Shown piece after piece: positions 1-15,101 of a stretch of 64,000 nucleotides of DNA (position 1 is its first letter; every line of letters starts with the position of its first letter). Position numbers and translations under genes: made by a program. The DNA comes from the human T2T-CHM13v2.0 reference genome, Homo sapiens: assembly GCF_009914755.1 (NCBI RefSeq), contig NC_060934.1, one strand, 5' to 3'. The notes under the pieces were generated by a model. That model searched no databases. It was given only the letters and a program-made list of their open reading frames with translations, and was not told the DNA's origin.

Positions 1-516
1 TTGGTTTTATTATGAGAAGGCCATTTTAAATAGCAAGTATATTCTTCAAGATAACTTTTCTCATTCTCAAAATTTCAGGTTCGAATGCTGGAGTAGGGAA
101 ACTTGAAACTCTCCTTATTGAAGGATAAATGGTAATCCTAAAAATGTAGTGATCTGCCTGAGAAAATTCCTAGTCCAATAAGTACTCTAAAAAGTTAGAT
201 TCATAAGAAAGGTGATTCTGTTTACTAGAAGAGGTATATAAAGAATGTTCCATTTAGGCAGAATATGTACCTGAGACAGTTTCCATGAAACTGTTGTTGG
301 GCAAAATAAGATTTTTTTGAGGAAGTCAATAATTTTATCTTTTATGAACAACTTTACTTTAGAAATTTACTTTTAAGGACTTTTGGTTATGCTGCAGATA
401 AGAAATATTCTTTTTTTCTCCTATGTCAGTATCCCCCATTGAAATGACAATAACCTAATTATAAATAAGAATTAGGCTTTTTTTTGAACAGTTACTAGCC
501 TATAGAGTTCTAGAAG

Positions 517-1760
517 ATTTTTTGTCAAATTTTATTATAGATTAAAGGGTACAAATACAGGTTTGTTACATAGGTAAGTTGTGTAACACTGAGGCTTGGG
601 GTCCCAGCTATTCCATCACACTGACAGTAAACATATTACCCAACAGATGGTTCTTCAGCCCACATCTCTTCTCTCCCTCCCCCATCTAGTGATCCTCAGT
701 GTCTATTGTTCCCATCTTTATGTTCTTGTGTATTCAATGCTTACCTCCCACTTATAAGCAAGAACATGTGGTATTTGGTTTTCTGTTCTTGTATTAGATT
801 GCTTAGGATAATGGCCTCCTGCTTCATCTATAATGCTGCAAAAGACATAACTTTTGTTCTTTCTTATGGCTGCATAACATTCCATTATGTATGTACTAGT
901 CTGTTCTCATGCTGCTAATAAAGACATACCTGAGACAGGGTAACTCATAAAGGAAAGAGGTTTAATGGACTGTCAATTCCACACGGCTGGAAAGGCCTCA
1001 CAATAAGTCTCTGATAGAGACTTATTCACTATCACAAGAATGGCATGGGAAAGTCAGGCCTCCATGATTAAATTACCTCACATTGAGTACCTCCCGTGAC
1101 GTGTGGGAATTATGGGAGCTACAATTCAAGATGAGATTTTGGTGGGGACACAGCCTAACCATATCAGTGTATATTTGGTACATTTTCCTTATACAATCCA
1201 CTGTCGATGGGCACATAAGTTGATTCCATTTCTTTGCTATCGTGAATAGCACTACATATTGGGGTGAACATATTGGGGTGTGTGTCTTATTGATAGAATG
1301 AATATTTTGGGGGCATATACTCCATAGTGGGATTGCTGGGTCAACTGGTAGTTCTATTTTAAGTTCTTTCAGAAATATCCAAACTGGTTTCCACAGTGGC
1401 TGAACTAGTTTGCATACCCACCAACAGTGTAAAAGCATTTCCATTTCTCTGCAACCTCACCAGCATCTGTTGTTTTTGGACTTTTTAATATTAATAATTG
1501 CTATTCTGACTGGTGTGAGATGGTACCTCATTGTGATTTTGATTTGCATTTCTCTGATGATTAGTGATGTTGAGCATTTTTTCATAAGTTTGTTGGCTGC
1601 TTGTATGTCATCTATTGAGAAGTGGCTGTTCATGTCTTTTGCCCAATTTTAATTGATTTTTTTTGTTTTTTTTTTTTTGCTTGTTGATTTGTTTAAGTTT
1701 TTTATAGATTTTGTCTGTTGATACATATTTAGATTTTGGATATTAGACATTTAGGTCCTT
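517..1760 (-). mobile_element. Old L1 3'-end fragment (L1PA13-16/L1PB-like), interrupted by a THE1 LTR
   Basis: T-rich start followed by reverse-complement L1 3' UTR; ORF 1073..1444(-) resembles the ORF2 C-terminus ([13 protein letters not shown]..., LFTIAKKWNQ). Boundaries are approximate. Confidence 0.8.
892..1166 (-). mobile_element. THE1 (MaLR) solo LTR, internally deleted
   Basis: Starts tgtactagtctgttctcatgctgctaataaagacatacc and ends ggggacacagcctaaccatatca; near-TSD atgta/gtgta. Confidence 0.85.
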
Positions 1761-3479
1761 TAAGGTAGGAAGAGTACAGGAAATAGTCAAGAAGACTTTA
1801 ACAAATTTCTAAAAACAGAGAGCATATAGAGGAATGATATATCTGTACAGAGAGGGTAAACTTATAACCAAAAGGTCAGAAGAGAAAAATTTATCAAGGA
1901 TGAAAAGTTAATCAGTGTCCCTTAAATCCTCCCAATATTGGTATTTGGAAGTACCGAGGGTCAAAGATGGTGGAGAATGAGGCTGAAAAAGGAGGCTCTC
2001 CCTGCCTACGTTTCCTCCACAACTCTTTTCATCAGGTAACTGATTTCCTTCCACAAGAAGAAGGAGGCTCACTCTCTAGAGAAACTGAGCTTAAGAAGCC
2101 CTGTACTCAGAGACACACAGCAGTGCCAGAAAAGGCATGAGGTGTAGGCTAGAAAGACAGATTAGGTACACATCCACTCCTTGAATTCAGAGACTCTTAG
2201 CTCTTTTATTCATCTTCCTTCCTAAAATTCAGCAGCTAGCTCTATCCTACAGAAAGGGAACTGATCTAGAGAAATGGCATTTTTCTTTTGCCATCTTAAC
2301 AGACAATTCTCTTCAATGTCCAACAGAGTGAATGAAATGAAAACATATACTGCTAGATACAGGGTTATGGAATTTCAGGACATGAGAATTAAAGGGAAAA
2401 TCACAAAAACTTTCAGAGCTGTACCAGGTTATATTGAAAGAATTAGAATTCAGAATTCTCAAGAAGAACTATTAATATTATCTTGTATATTAATAAAAAT
2501 AGTGTTTTCAGATGTGCATGTTTGCCAAAAATTTTTACCATTTTCCCTTTCTCAGAAAAATACTGAAGAATGTTCTTCATTCAAATGCCTGAAACCTTGT
2601 TAGAGAAAGTCCTGAGCTCCAGCAATCAGGAAACCTCGTGTAGGAGAATGAGAGTGTCAGGGAGGCTGCCTAGCACCAGACCTAGAAAACAACTACTTCA
2701 GAACAGACCTGGGGGATAATTCAGAAGTGAGATGAGACAGCAAGAACAAAAGAGATGTGACAGATTTTATGAGAGTTTCCAATAACTAAAAAGGAGTTTC
2801 AAACATCTGCTGGAACATTTGTAAATAATTCTAACTTGGGAAATGGAAAATTACAAATTGAAATAAAGAGACATTGTTAAGCCCAGGAAAGTACAAAAAT
2901 AAAATTTAATCATAGTTGTCTTACCAGAGAACCATATTTGTGTAGTCAGAATGATGTAAGCAATGAATACTGATATCATAAAAATTGTCATCTAAATATA
3001 TTCTGGAAAAAGCAGTGTGGAAAAGTGAGTGTGTCTATCTGAGGGTGTGTTCAAATATGAGGGGAAGATGGAGATTAAAATTCTCATCTCTCTTAATAAA
3101 AAATTATTAAATATAATCTACAAAAAGATAAGTAAGAATTAGAAACAGAGTATTTAAAAATGTGAATGTATGTTCAGAAGAAGCTGCTAGAATGTTCAAA
3201 ATGGTAGATTTGGAAAGTGTGAGAATGAAGAGAATACCATTGTGATTTGTGACCCCTCCCACACACAGATGCACCAATACAGTCATATATATGCATAAAT
3301 CTGATAGTATAATTTAACGTTTAAGCAACATATGTTATTTTGATATGAAATTAATCTGTTTTTCAAAGACAGTAATTTCATGACTAAATTATATGCTTAC
3401 TTTATGTTTTCAAACATTTTATTATTTTTATTTGTATTAATTATCATATATACTAATGTATATGTATATACATATCTTT

Positions 3480-6400
3480 TAATTTTTTTTAATTTTTATG
3501 GGTACAAAGTAGGTATATATCAATATGTTTGGGGGTACATGAGATGTTTTGATACAGGCATGCAATGTGAAATAAGCATGTCATGGAGAATGGGGTATCT
3601 ATTCCCTCAAGCATTTATTCTTTGAGTTACAAACAATTCAATTACACTCTTTAAGTTATTTTAAAACGTACAATTAAGTTATTATTGACTATAGTCACCC
3701 TTTTGTGCTATCATATAGTAGATCTTATTCATCTCCACCTCCCCTCCCCCCACACTACCCTTTCGAGTCTCTGGTAACCATCTTTCTACACTTTATGTCC
3801 ATTAGTTCAATTCTTTTATTTTTAGATCCCACAAATAAGTGAGAACATGCTATGTTCGTCTTTCTGTGCCTGGCTTATTTCACTTAACGTAATGATCTCC
3901 AGTTCCCTTCATGTTGTTGCAAATGACTGAATCTCATTCTTTTTATGGCTGAATAGAACTACATTGCGTATATGTACTACATTTTCTTTATACATTTGTC
4001 TGTTGATGCATATTTAGGTTGTTTCAAAGTCTTAGCTATTGTAAACAGTGCTGCAACAAACAAGAGTGCAGATACCTCTTCGATATACCTATTTCCTTTC
4101 TTTTGGGTATATACCAAGCAGTAGGGTTGTTGGATCATATGGTCGCTTTATTTTTAGGATTTTGAGGAACATTTAAACAGCTCTCCATAGAGGTCACACT
4201 AATTTGCATTCCCACCAACACTGTACGAGGGTCCACTTATCTCCACATCCTCACTAGCATTTGTTATTGCCTGTCTTTTGGATATAAGCCATTTTAACTG
4301 GAGTGAGATGACATCTCATTGTAGTTTTGATTTATATTTCTCTGAGGATCAGTGGTGTTGACCACCTTTTTGTATGCCTGTAACCCATTTATATATCTTC
4401 TTTTGAGAAACATCTATTCAAATCTTTTGCCCACTTTTGGATTGGATTATTAGATTTTTTTTCTATAGAGTTGCTTGAATTTCTTATATATTCTGATTAC
4501 TAATCTCTTGTCAGATGAATAGTTTGCAAATATTTCTCTCCATTCTGTGGATTGTCTTTTCCCTTTGTTGATTGTATCTTTGGCTGTGCAGAAGCTTTTT
4601 AACTTGATGTGATCCCATTTGTTCATGTTTGCTTTGAATGCCTGTGCTTGTAGGGTATTGCTCGAAAAATTTTTGCCTAGACCAATGTCCTGGAGATTTT
4701 CCCTAGTGTTTTCCTATAGTAGTTTCACAGTTTGAGGTCTTAGACTTAAGTCTTTAATCCATTTTGAGTTGATTTTTGTATATGGCAAGGGATATGAGTC
4801 CAGTTTCATTCTTCTCTGTAGGATATTAAATTTTCCCAGCACATTTATTGAAGAGACTGTCTTTCCCCCAGTGTACGTTCTTGGCACCTGTGTTAGTCTG
4901 TTCTCATGCCTCTAATAAAGCCATACACAAGACTGGGTAATTTATAAAGGAAAGAAGTTTAATGGACTCACAGTTCCACATGGCTGGAGAGGCCTCACAA
5001 TCATGGCAGAAGATGAATGAGGAGAAAAGTCATGTCTTACGTGGTAGCAGGCAGATAGCTTTGCAGGGGAACTCACATTTATAAAACCATCAGATGTTGT
5101 GAGATTTAGTCACTATCATGAGAAAAATATGGAGGAAACCACCCCCATGATTCAATGATCCCTACCTGGCCTCCCCCTTGACTTGTGGGGATTATTTCAA
5201 TTCAAGATGAGATTTGGGGTGGGGACACAGCCAAACCATATCAGCCCCTTTGTCAAAAATGAGTTAACTCTAGATACGTGAACTTGTTTCTGAATTCTCT
5301 ATTCTGTTTCATTGGTCCATGTGTTTGTTTTTATGTCAGTACCATGCTGTTTTAGTTAGTATAGCTCTGTAGTTTAATTTGAAGTGAGATAATGTGATTC
5401 CTCCAGTTTTGTTCCTTTTGCTTAGGATAGTTTTGACTATTCTGGGTCTTTTGTGGGTCCATATACATTTTAGGATTTATTTTTTCTATTTCTGTGAAGA
5501 ATGCCATTGATATTTTGATAGGAATTTTATTGAACCTGTAGATTGTTTTGATAGTATGGGCACTTTAACAATATTGATTTTTCCAATCCATGAACATGAA
5601 ATATTTTTCTGTTTGTTGGGTCCTCTTAAATTTCTTTCCTCAGTGTTTTATAGTTTTCATTATAGAGATCTTTCAATTCTTTGGTTAAATTAATCCTAGG
5701 TATTTAAAATTATGTATGGCTATTTTCAATGGGATTATTTTTTAAATTTCTTTTTCTTTTTTTTCACTGTTGGCATATAACAACACTACTGATTTTTATG
5801 TTGATTGTGTATCCTTCAACTTTACTGAATTTGTTCATCAGTTCTAATAATTATCTTGTAGAATCTTTAGTTTTTCCTACTATAAGGTTATATCATCTGC
5901 ACACAAGGATATTTTGACTTCTTCCTTTCCAATTTTGATAGCCTTTATATCTTTCTCTTGTCTGATTGCTCTTGCTAGGTCATCCAGTACTATGATGAAT
6001 AACAATGGTGACAATGGGCATCCTTGTTGTGTTCCTGATCTTACAGGAAAGACTTCCTATTTTCTCCATTCAGGATAGTACTAGTTGTGGGTCTGTCATA
6101 TAGCTTTTTTATGTTGAGGTATGTTCCTTCTATCTCAAGTTTTTTTTATGAATTTTCATCAAGAAGGGATGTTAAATTTTATCAAATACTTTTTCAGCAT
6201 CAACTGAAATGATCATATGGCTTTTATCCTTCATTCTGTTGATATGATGTATCACACTGCTTGATTTGCACATGTTGAACCATTCTTGCATCCAAGGGAT
6301 AAATCCCACTTGGTCATTGTGAATGACCTTTTTATTGTATTGTTGAATTTGGTTTGCTAGTGTTTTGTTGAAGATTTTTGCATTAGTGTTCATCAGGTGT

Positions 6401-8070
6401 ATTGGCCTGTAGTTTTTTTTTTTTTTTTTTTTTTTTTTTGATGTGTCTTAGTCTGATTTTGGTATCAGGGTAATACTGGCCTCATAGAATGAGTTTGGAA
6501 GTATTCTCTTCTCCTTTATTTTTTGGAATAGTTTGAGTAGGGTCGGTATTAGTTCTTCTTTAAATGTTTGGTAAAATTCAGCAGTGAAGCTAGCCAGTCT
6601 TGGGATTTTCTCTACTGGGATGATTTTATTTCTCGTTTGATCTTTGTGCTGGTTATTGCATGTTCAGATTTTGGATTTCTTCCTGGTTCAATCTTGATGG
6701 GTCATATTTGTGTAGGGATTTGTCCATTTCTTCTAGATTTTCCAATTTATTGGCATATAGTTGCTCATAGTAACCAATAATTATTCTTTGAATTTCTGCA
6801 GTATCAGTTCTAATGCCTCCTTTTTAATTTTTTATTTATCTGAATCTACTCTTTTTTTTTTTCTTAGTCTGGCTAACGGTTTGTCAATTTTGTTTAACTT
6901 CTCAAAAAAGCAACTTTTTGTTTCATTGATCTTTTGTTTTGTTTTCTTCACTTAAATTTTATTTATTTCTGCTCTGATCTTTATTATTCCTTTTCTTCTA
7001 CTAATTTTGGTTTTAATTTGCTTTTGCTTTTCTAATTCTTTAGGATGCATCATTAAATTGTTTGTTTGTCAATTTTCTCCATTTTTGATATAAGCTCTTG
7101 TAGCTATAAACTTCCCTCTTAGTACTGGTCTTGCTGTAACCCCTAGGTTTTGGTATGTTGTGTTTCCATTATCATTTGTTTCAAGAAATTTTTCAATTTT
7201 CTTTTTAATCTCTTCATGGGTCCACTGTTCATTTATGAGCATATTTTTAAATTTCCATTTATTTGTGTAGTTTCCAAAATTCCTCTTGTTATTGGTTGCT
7301 GGTTTTATTACATTGTGGTCAGAGAAGATGCTTGATATTATTTCAGTTTCTTTGAATATTTTAAGACTTGTTTTGTGACCTAACATACGGTCAATTCTTG
7401 ATAACAATCCATGTGCTGTGGAAAAGAATGTGTATTCTGTAGCAGTTGGATAAAATATCCTGCAAATATCTATGAGATCCATTTGATCTATAGTGCAGAT
7501 GAATTTCAATGTTTCCTTGTTGATTTTCTATCTGGATGACCTGTCCAATGCTGAAAGTGGGGTGTTGAAGTCTCCAGGTATTATTATATTGGGGCCTATC
7601 TCTCTCTAGTTCTAATTATATGTCTTTTATATATCTGGGTGCTGCATTATTGGTTGCATATATATTTAAACTTGTTCCATCTTCTTGCCAAGCTGACCAC
7701 TTTATCACCAATAGTGATCTTCTTTGTGTCTCCTTATGGTTTTTGTTTTGAAATCTACTTTGTCTGTTTTAAATATAGTAACTCATGCTCTTTTTTTCAT
7801 TTCCATTGGCAGGTACTGTCTCATTCAATTCCTTTATTTTCAGCCTATGTGTGTCTTTATAAGTGAAGTGTGTTTCTTTTAGGCAACAGATTAATAGGTC
7901 TTGTTTTTCCATCCAGGTCAGTAACAGGTCAGTATGTCTTTTGATTGGAGATTTTATTCCATTTACATTCAGTGTTATTATTGATAAGTAAGGACTTACC
8001 CATGCCCCTTTGTTATTTGTTTTCTGGTTGTTTTGTGGACTTCTCTTCCTTCTTTCATTTCTTCCTGTCT
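3480..8070 (-). mobile_element. L1MA-type element fragment (ORF2 endonuclease to 3' UTR)
   Basis: ORF 7069..7509(-) resembles the EN/linker (DQMDLIDI.RIFYP...HNVIK) and ORF 6172..6393(-) the RT (DQVGFIP.MQEWFN...DAEKVFDKI). Many stops and frameshifts. Confidence 0.85.
4889..5243 (-). mobile_element. THE1 (MaLR) solo LTR inserted in the L1
   Basis: tgtgttagtctgttctcatgc ... ggggacacagccaaaccatatca; near-TSD gcacc/gcccc. Confidence 0.88.
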
Positions 8071-8314
8071 TCCTTTATTGAAGAGAATTTTCTCCACTTA
8101 TATGTGTACAGATTTTTCTTAATATCTGGTTTATGGCAGTTACACATTTGTGCATCTGTAACCATCCTCTCTTTAAGTTTGCATATACTTCCAGCACTAT
8201 AATTTAAATTTATAATGATGTTTGGATACCTTCATGATTCATATACCCCTGAATTGCTACAACAAATGTGCCATTTTTCTCCCTTTCCATCAGTTTTTAC
8301 TTGTGTCTTATCAG

Positions 8315-8502
8315 CTAAAGTCCAGGAAGAGATTGAACGTGTGATTGGCAGAAACCGGAGCCCCTGCATGCAAGACAGGAGCCACATGCCCTACACAGAT
8401 GCTGTGGTGCACGAGGTCCAGAGATACATTGACCTTCTCCCCACCAGCCTGCCCCATGCAGTGACCTGTGACATTAAATTCAGAAACTATCTCATTCCCA
8501 AG
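8315..8502 (+). CDS. CYP2C9: Cytochrome P450 2C9 exon 7 (188 bp)
   Basis: Splice sites ttatcag|CTAAAG ... CCCAAG|gtaagt. Encodes (A)[62 protein letters not shown], including the K-helix ExxR (EVQR). DLLP and CDIK are 2C9-type rather than 2C19-type. Confidence 0.97.
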
Positions 8503-9446
8503 GTAAGTTTGTTTCTCCTACACTGCAACTCCATGTTTTCGAAGTCCCCAAATTCATAGTATCATTTTTAAACCTCTACCATCACCGGGTGAGAGAAGTG
8601 CATAACTCATATGTATGGCAGTTTAACTGGACTTTCTCTTGTTTCCAGTTTGGGGCTATAAAGGTTTGTAACAGGTCCTAGTGTCTGGCAGTGTGTGTTC
8701 TCCAGATTTATTATCTTTCTTCAAGATTGGTTTGGCTACTCTTAGGTGCTTATATTTCCAAATAATTTTTAAAGGTATTAGTTTGTCAATTTCCCAAAAC
8801 TTTGGGCTGGAATTTCTGGCAGGGTGACACTAAATTTATAGGCTAGTTTGGAAAGAACTGAATCTTGACACGTTGAGGCTTTCCATTCCTGAATATAATT
8901 ATGCTTCCAATTTGTTTGGGGTTTCTTTTATTTAACCAGGAATGTTGTGAATTTGTTGTCATGGCTTTCGAGTCTTTGGTTTTCCCTAGATAATTAATAT
9001 TTTTGTTGTAGAACATAAATAGTTTTTATCATTCTGATGATGTTAATCTGTCAACTTTGCTAAATTTACTAGTCACTATTCGTAATTTATTTCTGGATTC
9101 ATTGTAATTTCTGTGTATATTATACTGTATCTGAGTTAATATTGTTTTATTTCTTATTTTCCATTTCTCATGGGCTTAATGTCTCTTTATCGCATTCATT
9201 ATTGCATTAGCTAGAATTTCTAGGAGAGCATTGAATAGAATTGGTGACAGTGGGGATCCTTGTTTCTCATTTCTAATCTGCAGGAAGCAGTGGAAGTTTT
9301 CCATTTCAATATTGAGAATGATGCTTGAAGTAGATTTTGGTAGATATTTTTTATCAGATTAGAGAAGTTTGCTGTCATATATATATATGTCATAATTGTG
9401 TGTAAAATCTTGTCAAATCAACACTCTGCATCTATTTATATAATTG

Positions 9447-9867
9447 TGTGTTAGTCCATTTCCATTGCTATAAAGGAATATCTTTGACTGGGTAATTTAT
9501 AAATAAAAGAGTTTCATTTTGGCTCATGGCTCTGCAGGCTGTGCAAGAGGCATAATGTGGGCAGGCATCTACTCCTAGTAAGGACTTCAGGTAGCTTTCA
9601 ATCTTCGGAGAAGGTGAAGGGGAAGCAAGCATGTCACATGGCAAGAGAGGGAGTAAGAGAAAAAGGAGTAGAAGTGACTTTAAACAACCAGCTAGTGTGT
9701 GAACTAACAGAATATGAACTCACTTATTATCATGGGAAGAGGTTTAAGCCACTCATGAAGAATTCACCCCCATGTCCTAAATACTTCTCACACCAGAACC
9801 CACCTCCAACATTGAGAATCACATTTCAACATGAGATTTGGAGGGGACAAATATCCACACAACATCA
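9447..9867 (-). mobile_element. MST-type (MaLR) solo LTR
   Basis: tgtgttagtccatttccattgctataaaggaatatc ... catgagatttggaggggacaaatatccacacaacatca. Confidence 0.8.
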
Positions 9868-11081
9868 GATTATATATATTGGGCTTACATTTCTCACTAA
9901 ATAGAAATAAGTATGCACATAGAGATGAACTGGCCTTCTTCATATTGTTTAGGACTTCAGTGTTTACATTCACAAGAGATTTGGTTTATAGTTTTATTTC
10001 TCAGAATTTTCAAGATTTTTGATATTAAGATTATGCCAGCCTTATAAAACTATGCAAGAAATGTTTCCTAATGTGAGACTGTTTTTATTGCCGTTCCCTC
10101 TCCCCACTTTTCTTCTTGTGATCACTTAGTTGTATCTTTGAAATGCCTGATAACTTTTGGTTAAATACCAGATGGTATATGTAAGAAATTGCAGAATTGC
10201 AGAGGAGGTTTATATTCTTCAAAGAAAGATTCATTCCTCTCCCATCGGCAGTCATAATGACATGATACCTGTTGTCATGATTCAGAATTGGACATAATGT
10301 GAATCCAGTTGAAAATTGAGTGTCAGTGTTAGCTTAGCTCTCTGAGGTTCTCCTACCTTTGGAAGCTTGAGACCAATTTTTGTCTTGACAGCTTTGCAGT
10401 GCCTTCTATCACATGGTTTCTGTATTTATCCAGACACTCCATTTGCCATCTCAAACCTACTCTTTTCCAATCAAAACCAATATATATTATTAGTAAAATA
10501 AAAAATAATATAACTGAAAGTTGTATTTTCAAGGGGAAAAAGCAATGAGACTTGGTAAGGTTGCAATTACTAATGTCATCTTTTGAAGAAGACAGAATTG
10601 ATAATTTACTTAGAGATTATGGGGCTTACCCTAGTGGTCACTGAGTTAGTACAAGAGAAAAGACTTCAATGCACTCTGTTTTCACAAACACAGGAGATAA
10701 CCAGGAGACTTTCGCTTCTCAAAATTAGGGTCTGAGGGTAATGGTAATGAAACTTACTTCTTCTCCTATAACTAATTAAATGAGAAATATACTGAAGAAT
10801 CAGGCACGAGTTGCCAGTCTCCCCAGTTCACTGCATCAGCTTTGGTGACCTCCTGGAGGGGAACGCTGCATCTGATGAGCTCATGCTGTGCCTGATGTCT
10901 TTTGAGCCCTGAGAAGCCAGAGCCCAAGGGGATTACCCATTGAATCCCTTCTTCGTGGAATAGCCCAGTGCAGAAAAAAGCAGCACTGTGTGGCCAATTC
11001 TACCCTCTTTACAAATCAGATACATGTGTTCTTCTGCTACAGGCTGGATCCACTTATCTAGCTGGAGATGATAGTCTGAGA

Positions 11082-11394
11082 CAGGAGTTGGCAAACTGTC
11101 TCTGTAATGGGCCAGATAGTAAATATTTTAGACTTTTCAGGCAATGTGGTTTCTGTTGCAATTCTTGACATCTGCTATTGTAGCATGATAGCAGTCACAA
11201 ACAATCTGCAAATGAATGAGGATTGATATGTTCCAATTTTTATAGAAACAAATGTAAATTTCCTATAAAATGTTTGTTTCAAAAATATTGTTTCTTGTTT
11301 GCATTTGTTCAATGTAAGTACTTTTAGCTCACATACTATACAAAAACAGGTGGCAGGGTGGACTTGTGCAGGGAGTATTTTTTATTGATGCCTA
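11082..11394. mobile_element. MER58-like hAT/Charlie DNA transposon relic
   Basis: The opening caggagttggcaaactgtctctgtaatgggccagatagtaaatattttagac matches the MER58 terminus as I recall it; the right end is approximate. Confidence 0.65.
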
Positions 11395-13164
11395 ATATAA
11401 GACATCCCTGTCCAGTAGAATTTTCTGCAAAGATGTGCGATTGATTTGTGCTTTTATGTCATATTTAAAGAATATTTGTCAGCACAAGATTCCAAAGACT
11501 GGCTTTCAACTTTCCCAGAATTTTTTTGTTTTAGCTCTTATATCTAGATCAATGACATATTTCAAATTAATTTTTATTTCATAATATGAAGTAATAGTGG
11601 TCATGCTTCAATGTCTATAAATTTCTACTTATTCAAGTAACATTTGTTGAAATAAATCTGCTTTGGTATCAATAACATTTTAATATAGTACTTGTTTATA
11701 AATATTCAAGGGAATATTTTTAAAAAACAAAATTATAGACTATTTATATGAAAATTTAGGGGGTAGAATTTTTCCTAACATTTTTATTATAAAATTTTTT
11801 AAAATAAATAACATTACACACACATATGTATATGTACATATGGCAGTGTGTATACATATCTACTCTGATATCTGTCCATCCATCTATTTACACCTCAATA
11901 CTTCAGTATGTATAGCACAATAACAATGGTTTTCTCCTACATAATAATAGCATTCATACTGTGGAGTTATTAATACAATAATATTATTTACTATACAGCT
12001 TTTATTTAAAATTTCCCAACTTTAAAATAATATTTTAATCACTTTTTTCTTGCAATTCACTCTCCAGTCAAGAAATAAGCACATAGTTTCAGTATCCTGT
12101 TACTTTCCATCTCCTGTAATCAAGAAGAGTCCATTTCCTCTGTTTCCTTTCAGTATGTTGATCTCTGTGAAGAGTTGAGCAATTAGTCATTTAAATTTTC
12201 CTGGGGCTCGTTTTGGGTAATTGTTTTCTAAATATTATATTCCAGTTATGACTTTGGCAAGAAAACTACATAGTATTTTGAATATTCTGCTGAATCACAG
12301 TGGTGAGGCAGGGGCACATAATGTCACATATGCCATTATTGGTTATGCTAAGATCCTCACCTAATAAGTTGGAATCTGCCAGATCTTTCCATTGAAGGGG
12401 TTCTGCTTTTTATGCGTGAATGATGAAAATCTATGGCATGGTACTTCAAGGCAGAACACCCTGTTTCCCAAGTCACACATCCAATAGTTTTATCTTTCAT
12501 TAATGATCCTCATCTGACCTGATGATCTTGACCTGAATGGTTACAAATAGGTGATTTTTCTAATTTCATCATTCCTTCCGTATTTTTAAGCTAGGATTAA
12601 TCTGTAATGAATATCTCTCCCATATCTTTAAATGAAGACAAACAAACTGCATGGCAATGACAAGAACTCAATAGTTTTATCCTTGCCACTACACTTGTTA
12701 CCATCCCAGAAGATGTCATTTGAAATTCAATCATATGTTTATTCACAAATGCCCTGTGAACAGATACTGTGGCCATTTCCCATGTCAACAGAGACTTCAA
12801 CTTTTAGTTATACTCTACACATAAGGTTGGTGAAAACTGAAGTGATGGAATAGAGAAGCAAGTGTGGACAGCCACTAGTTTCCAAGCTTGATGAAAAGGA
12901 GGACAGATTCAGAAGGTTGCATCCAAGTATCCAAGTACTCAGGACTTCAAATGTGATTGCAGGGCACTTTAGCAAGATTATTGTCATGGGCCTTAAGTTC
13001 ATGACTCTTATTACTTGGTCTATCCATCTGGAAATGGTACTGCCCTTCTTTGGAACGGGATTTCCTCATCTGCACATCAAAAGATTTAACTACATGATTA
13101 CCACTGTTTCTTCAACCTTCATGGCTTCTTTACAGCTCAGTTCATCTATGTCTCTTGTTTCTAG

Positions 13165-13347
<183 letters not shown>

Positions 13348-14308
13348 TAACTTTTTTGATCCATTGGAACTTACATGTGCCTCCTCTGCAGTGGTACAAT
13401 TACTCTTTGTACATGATCAAGAGCACTGTTCTGAATGCCTGTGTACACCCTGCTCATGATACATCCTAATTATTGGGCCAGATTAGTGGACTTTGGGGAG
13501 TTAATCCAATTCTTCCAAATTGAGAAAGCTGAAATATAGGTTGGTTGAATTCTGCCTCTAGGTACACCAGTGAGGTACCCAAGAACTCCTCCTGGAAGAT
13601 AAAACTAATTACATTTTCCTCACTAGCCATGAGGAAGTTATCTCACTCCAGAACTTCACTGAGTGTCTTCCACATGGTGTCCCTCACCCCCTAGGCTGGG
13701 CTTGTAGGATAAAATTATCCACAAACACAGAATAGGGTCTTAAAAGGCTCACTTCTGAGTTTGGAAAGCAGAGTAAACAGATCATTGTAGTTCAATAGGA
13801 CTGAGGCTGTGATATGGAAAGAACAGGCTGTTGGGGGTTGGGAGGTAGACGGAAAAGCTGTCTGCTTCTTGTACTCTTATACCCCAAAGTGAGGCATAAG
13901 TAATATTTTAATAGCAGTAAAGACATTTGAGCTACCTCAAAGGAGGCAGAGAGGATGAAAAGAAGAGAAGACAGGGCTATTAAAGGAGATAATGAGCCAC
14001 AGGAGCAGGACATTGGCTCTAAATAAAGGATATTAGAACCTTTGCCAAATGACCATGGATGGGATGAGGGGGACATTGGGAATGTAGCAGGATACTCTGC
14101 AGTGATGCAGAGCACCATGCTGTTCCCCTAGTCATGGCCATGTATATTGGATGTTGGATCTCCATACTTGAAATGTGTGTGCTGAGCATCTGGTGATAGA
14201 ATCTCCTTCCTTTATTCTATGACCTTTAATGTCTGCTTTATATCTGCCACTGTAGATACCAAGACAACAAGAAAAGAAACCTTCCTTCAAGCATTCACAT
14301 TTAGCACA

Positions 14309-14689
14309 TGTATTAGTCCACTCTTACATTGCCTTAAAGAACTACCTGAGATTGGGTAATTTATGAAGAAAAGAGGTTTAATTCACTCACAGATCCACAG
14401 GCTGTACAGGAAGCATGGCTGGGAGACCTCAAGAAACTTGCAATCATGGTGGGAGGCAGAGCGGAAGCAAGCACATCTTTCCATGGCAGAGCAGAAGAGA
14501 GAGAACAATGAGGAAAGGCTACATACCTTTAAACAACCAGATCTCATGAGAACTCACTCACTATCATGAGAACAGAAAGGGGGAAATTATCCCCCATGAT
14601 TCAATCACCTCTCACCAGGTATCTCCCCCAACATTGGGAATTACAGTTTGACATGAGATTTGAGTAAGGACACAGAGCCCAACCATATC
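14309..14689 (-). mobile_element. MSTA-like (MaLR) solo LTR
   Basis: tgtattagtccactcttacattgcc ... ggacacagagcccaaccatatc; TSD gcaca on both sides. Confidence 0.85.
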
Positions 14690-14739
14690 GCACACTAATA
14701 AATAAATAAATAAATCAGTAATTATTATTCTAGGTGATC

Positions 14740-15101
14740 CATGCTGTCTGTTTCTTCTGCCATAACAAAATATCCAAGACTAGGCAATTGATAAATAATG
14801 GAAATTTATTTCTCACAGTTCTGAAGGCTGGGAGTTCCAAGATCGATGTGTCAGCAAGTTCAGTGTCTGATGTGGGCCTGTTCCTTACAGATAATGCCCC
14901 CTCTGTATCCTTATATGGCAGAAGGGCAAAAAGGCAAAAGGGGAGAAATGGCTCCCTTGCATCTCTTGATGTTATTATTTTAGCAAGGACAGAGCCCTCC
15001 TGACTTATTCACTTCCTAAAAGGAGCCATCTCTTTAGTAATGTTGCATTGGGATTATGTGTCAACATATGAAATTGGGGGAGGCATATTCAGACCATAGC
15101 A
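14740..15101 (-). mobile_element. MLT1A/MSTD-like MaLR LTR
   Basis: Contains tttatttctcacagttctgaaggctgggagttccaagatc and ends attcagaccatagca. Confidence 0.7.

Noticed and set aside
8215-8559. 114-aa ORF as a stand-alone protein
   Set aside because: It is CYP2C9 exon 7 plus in-frame intron on either side; the splice sites are at 8315 and 8502.
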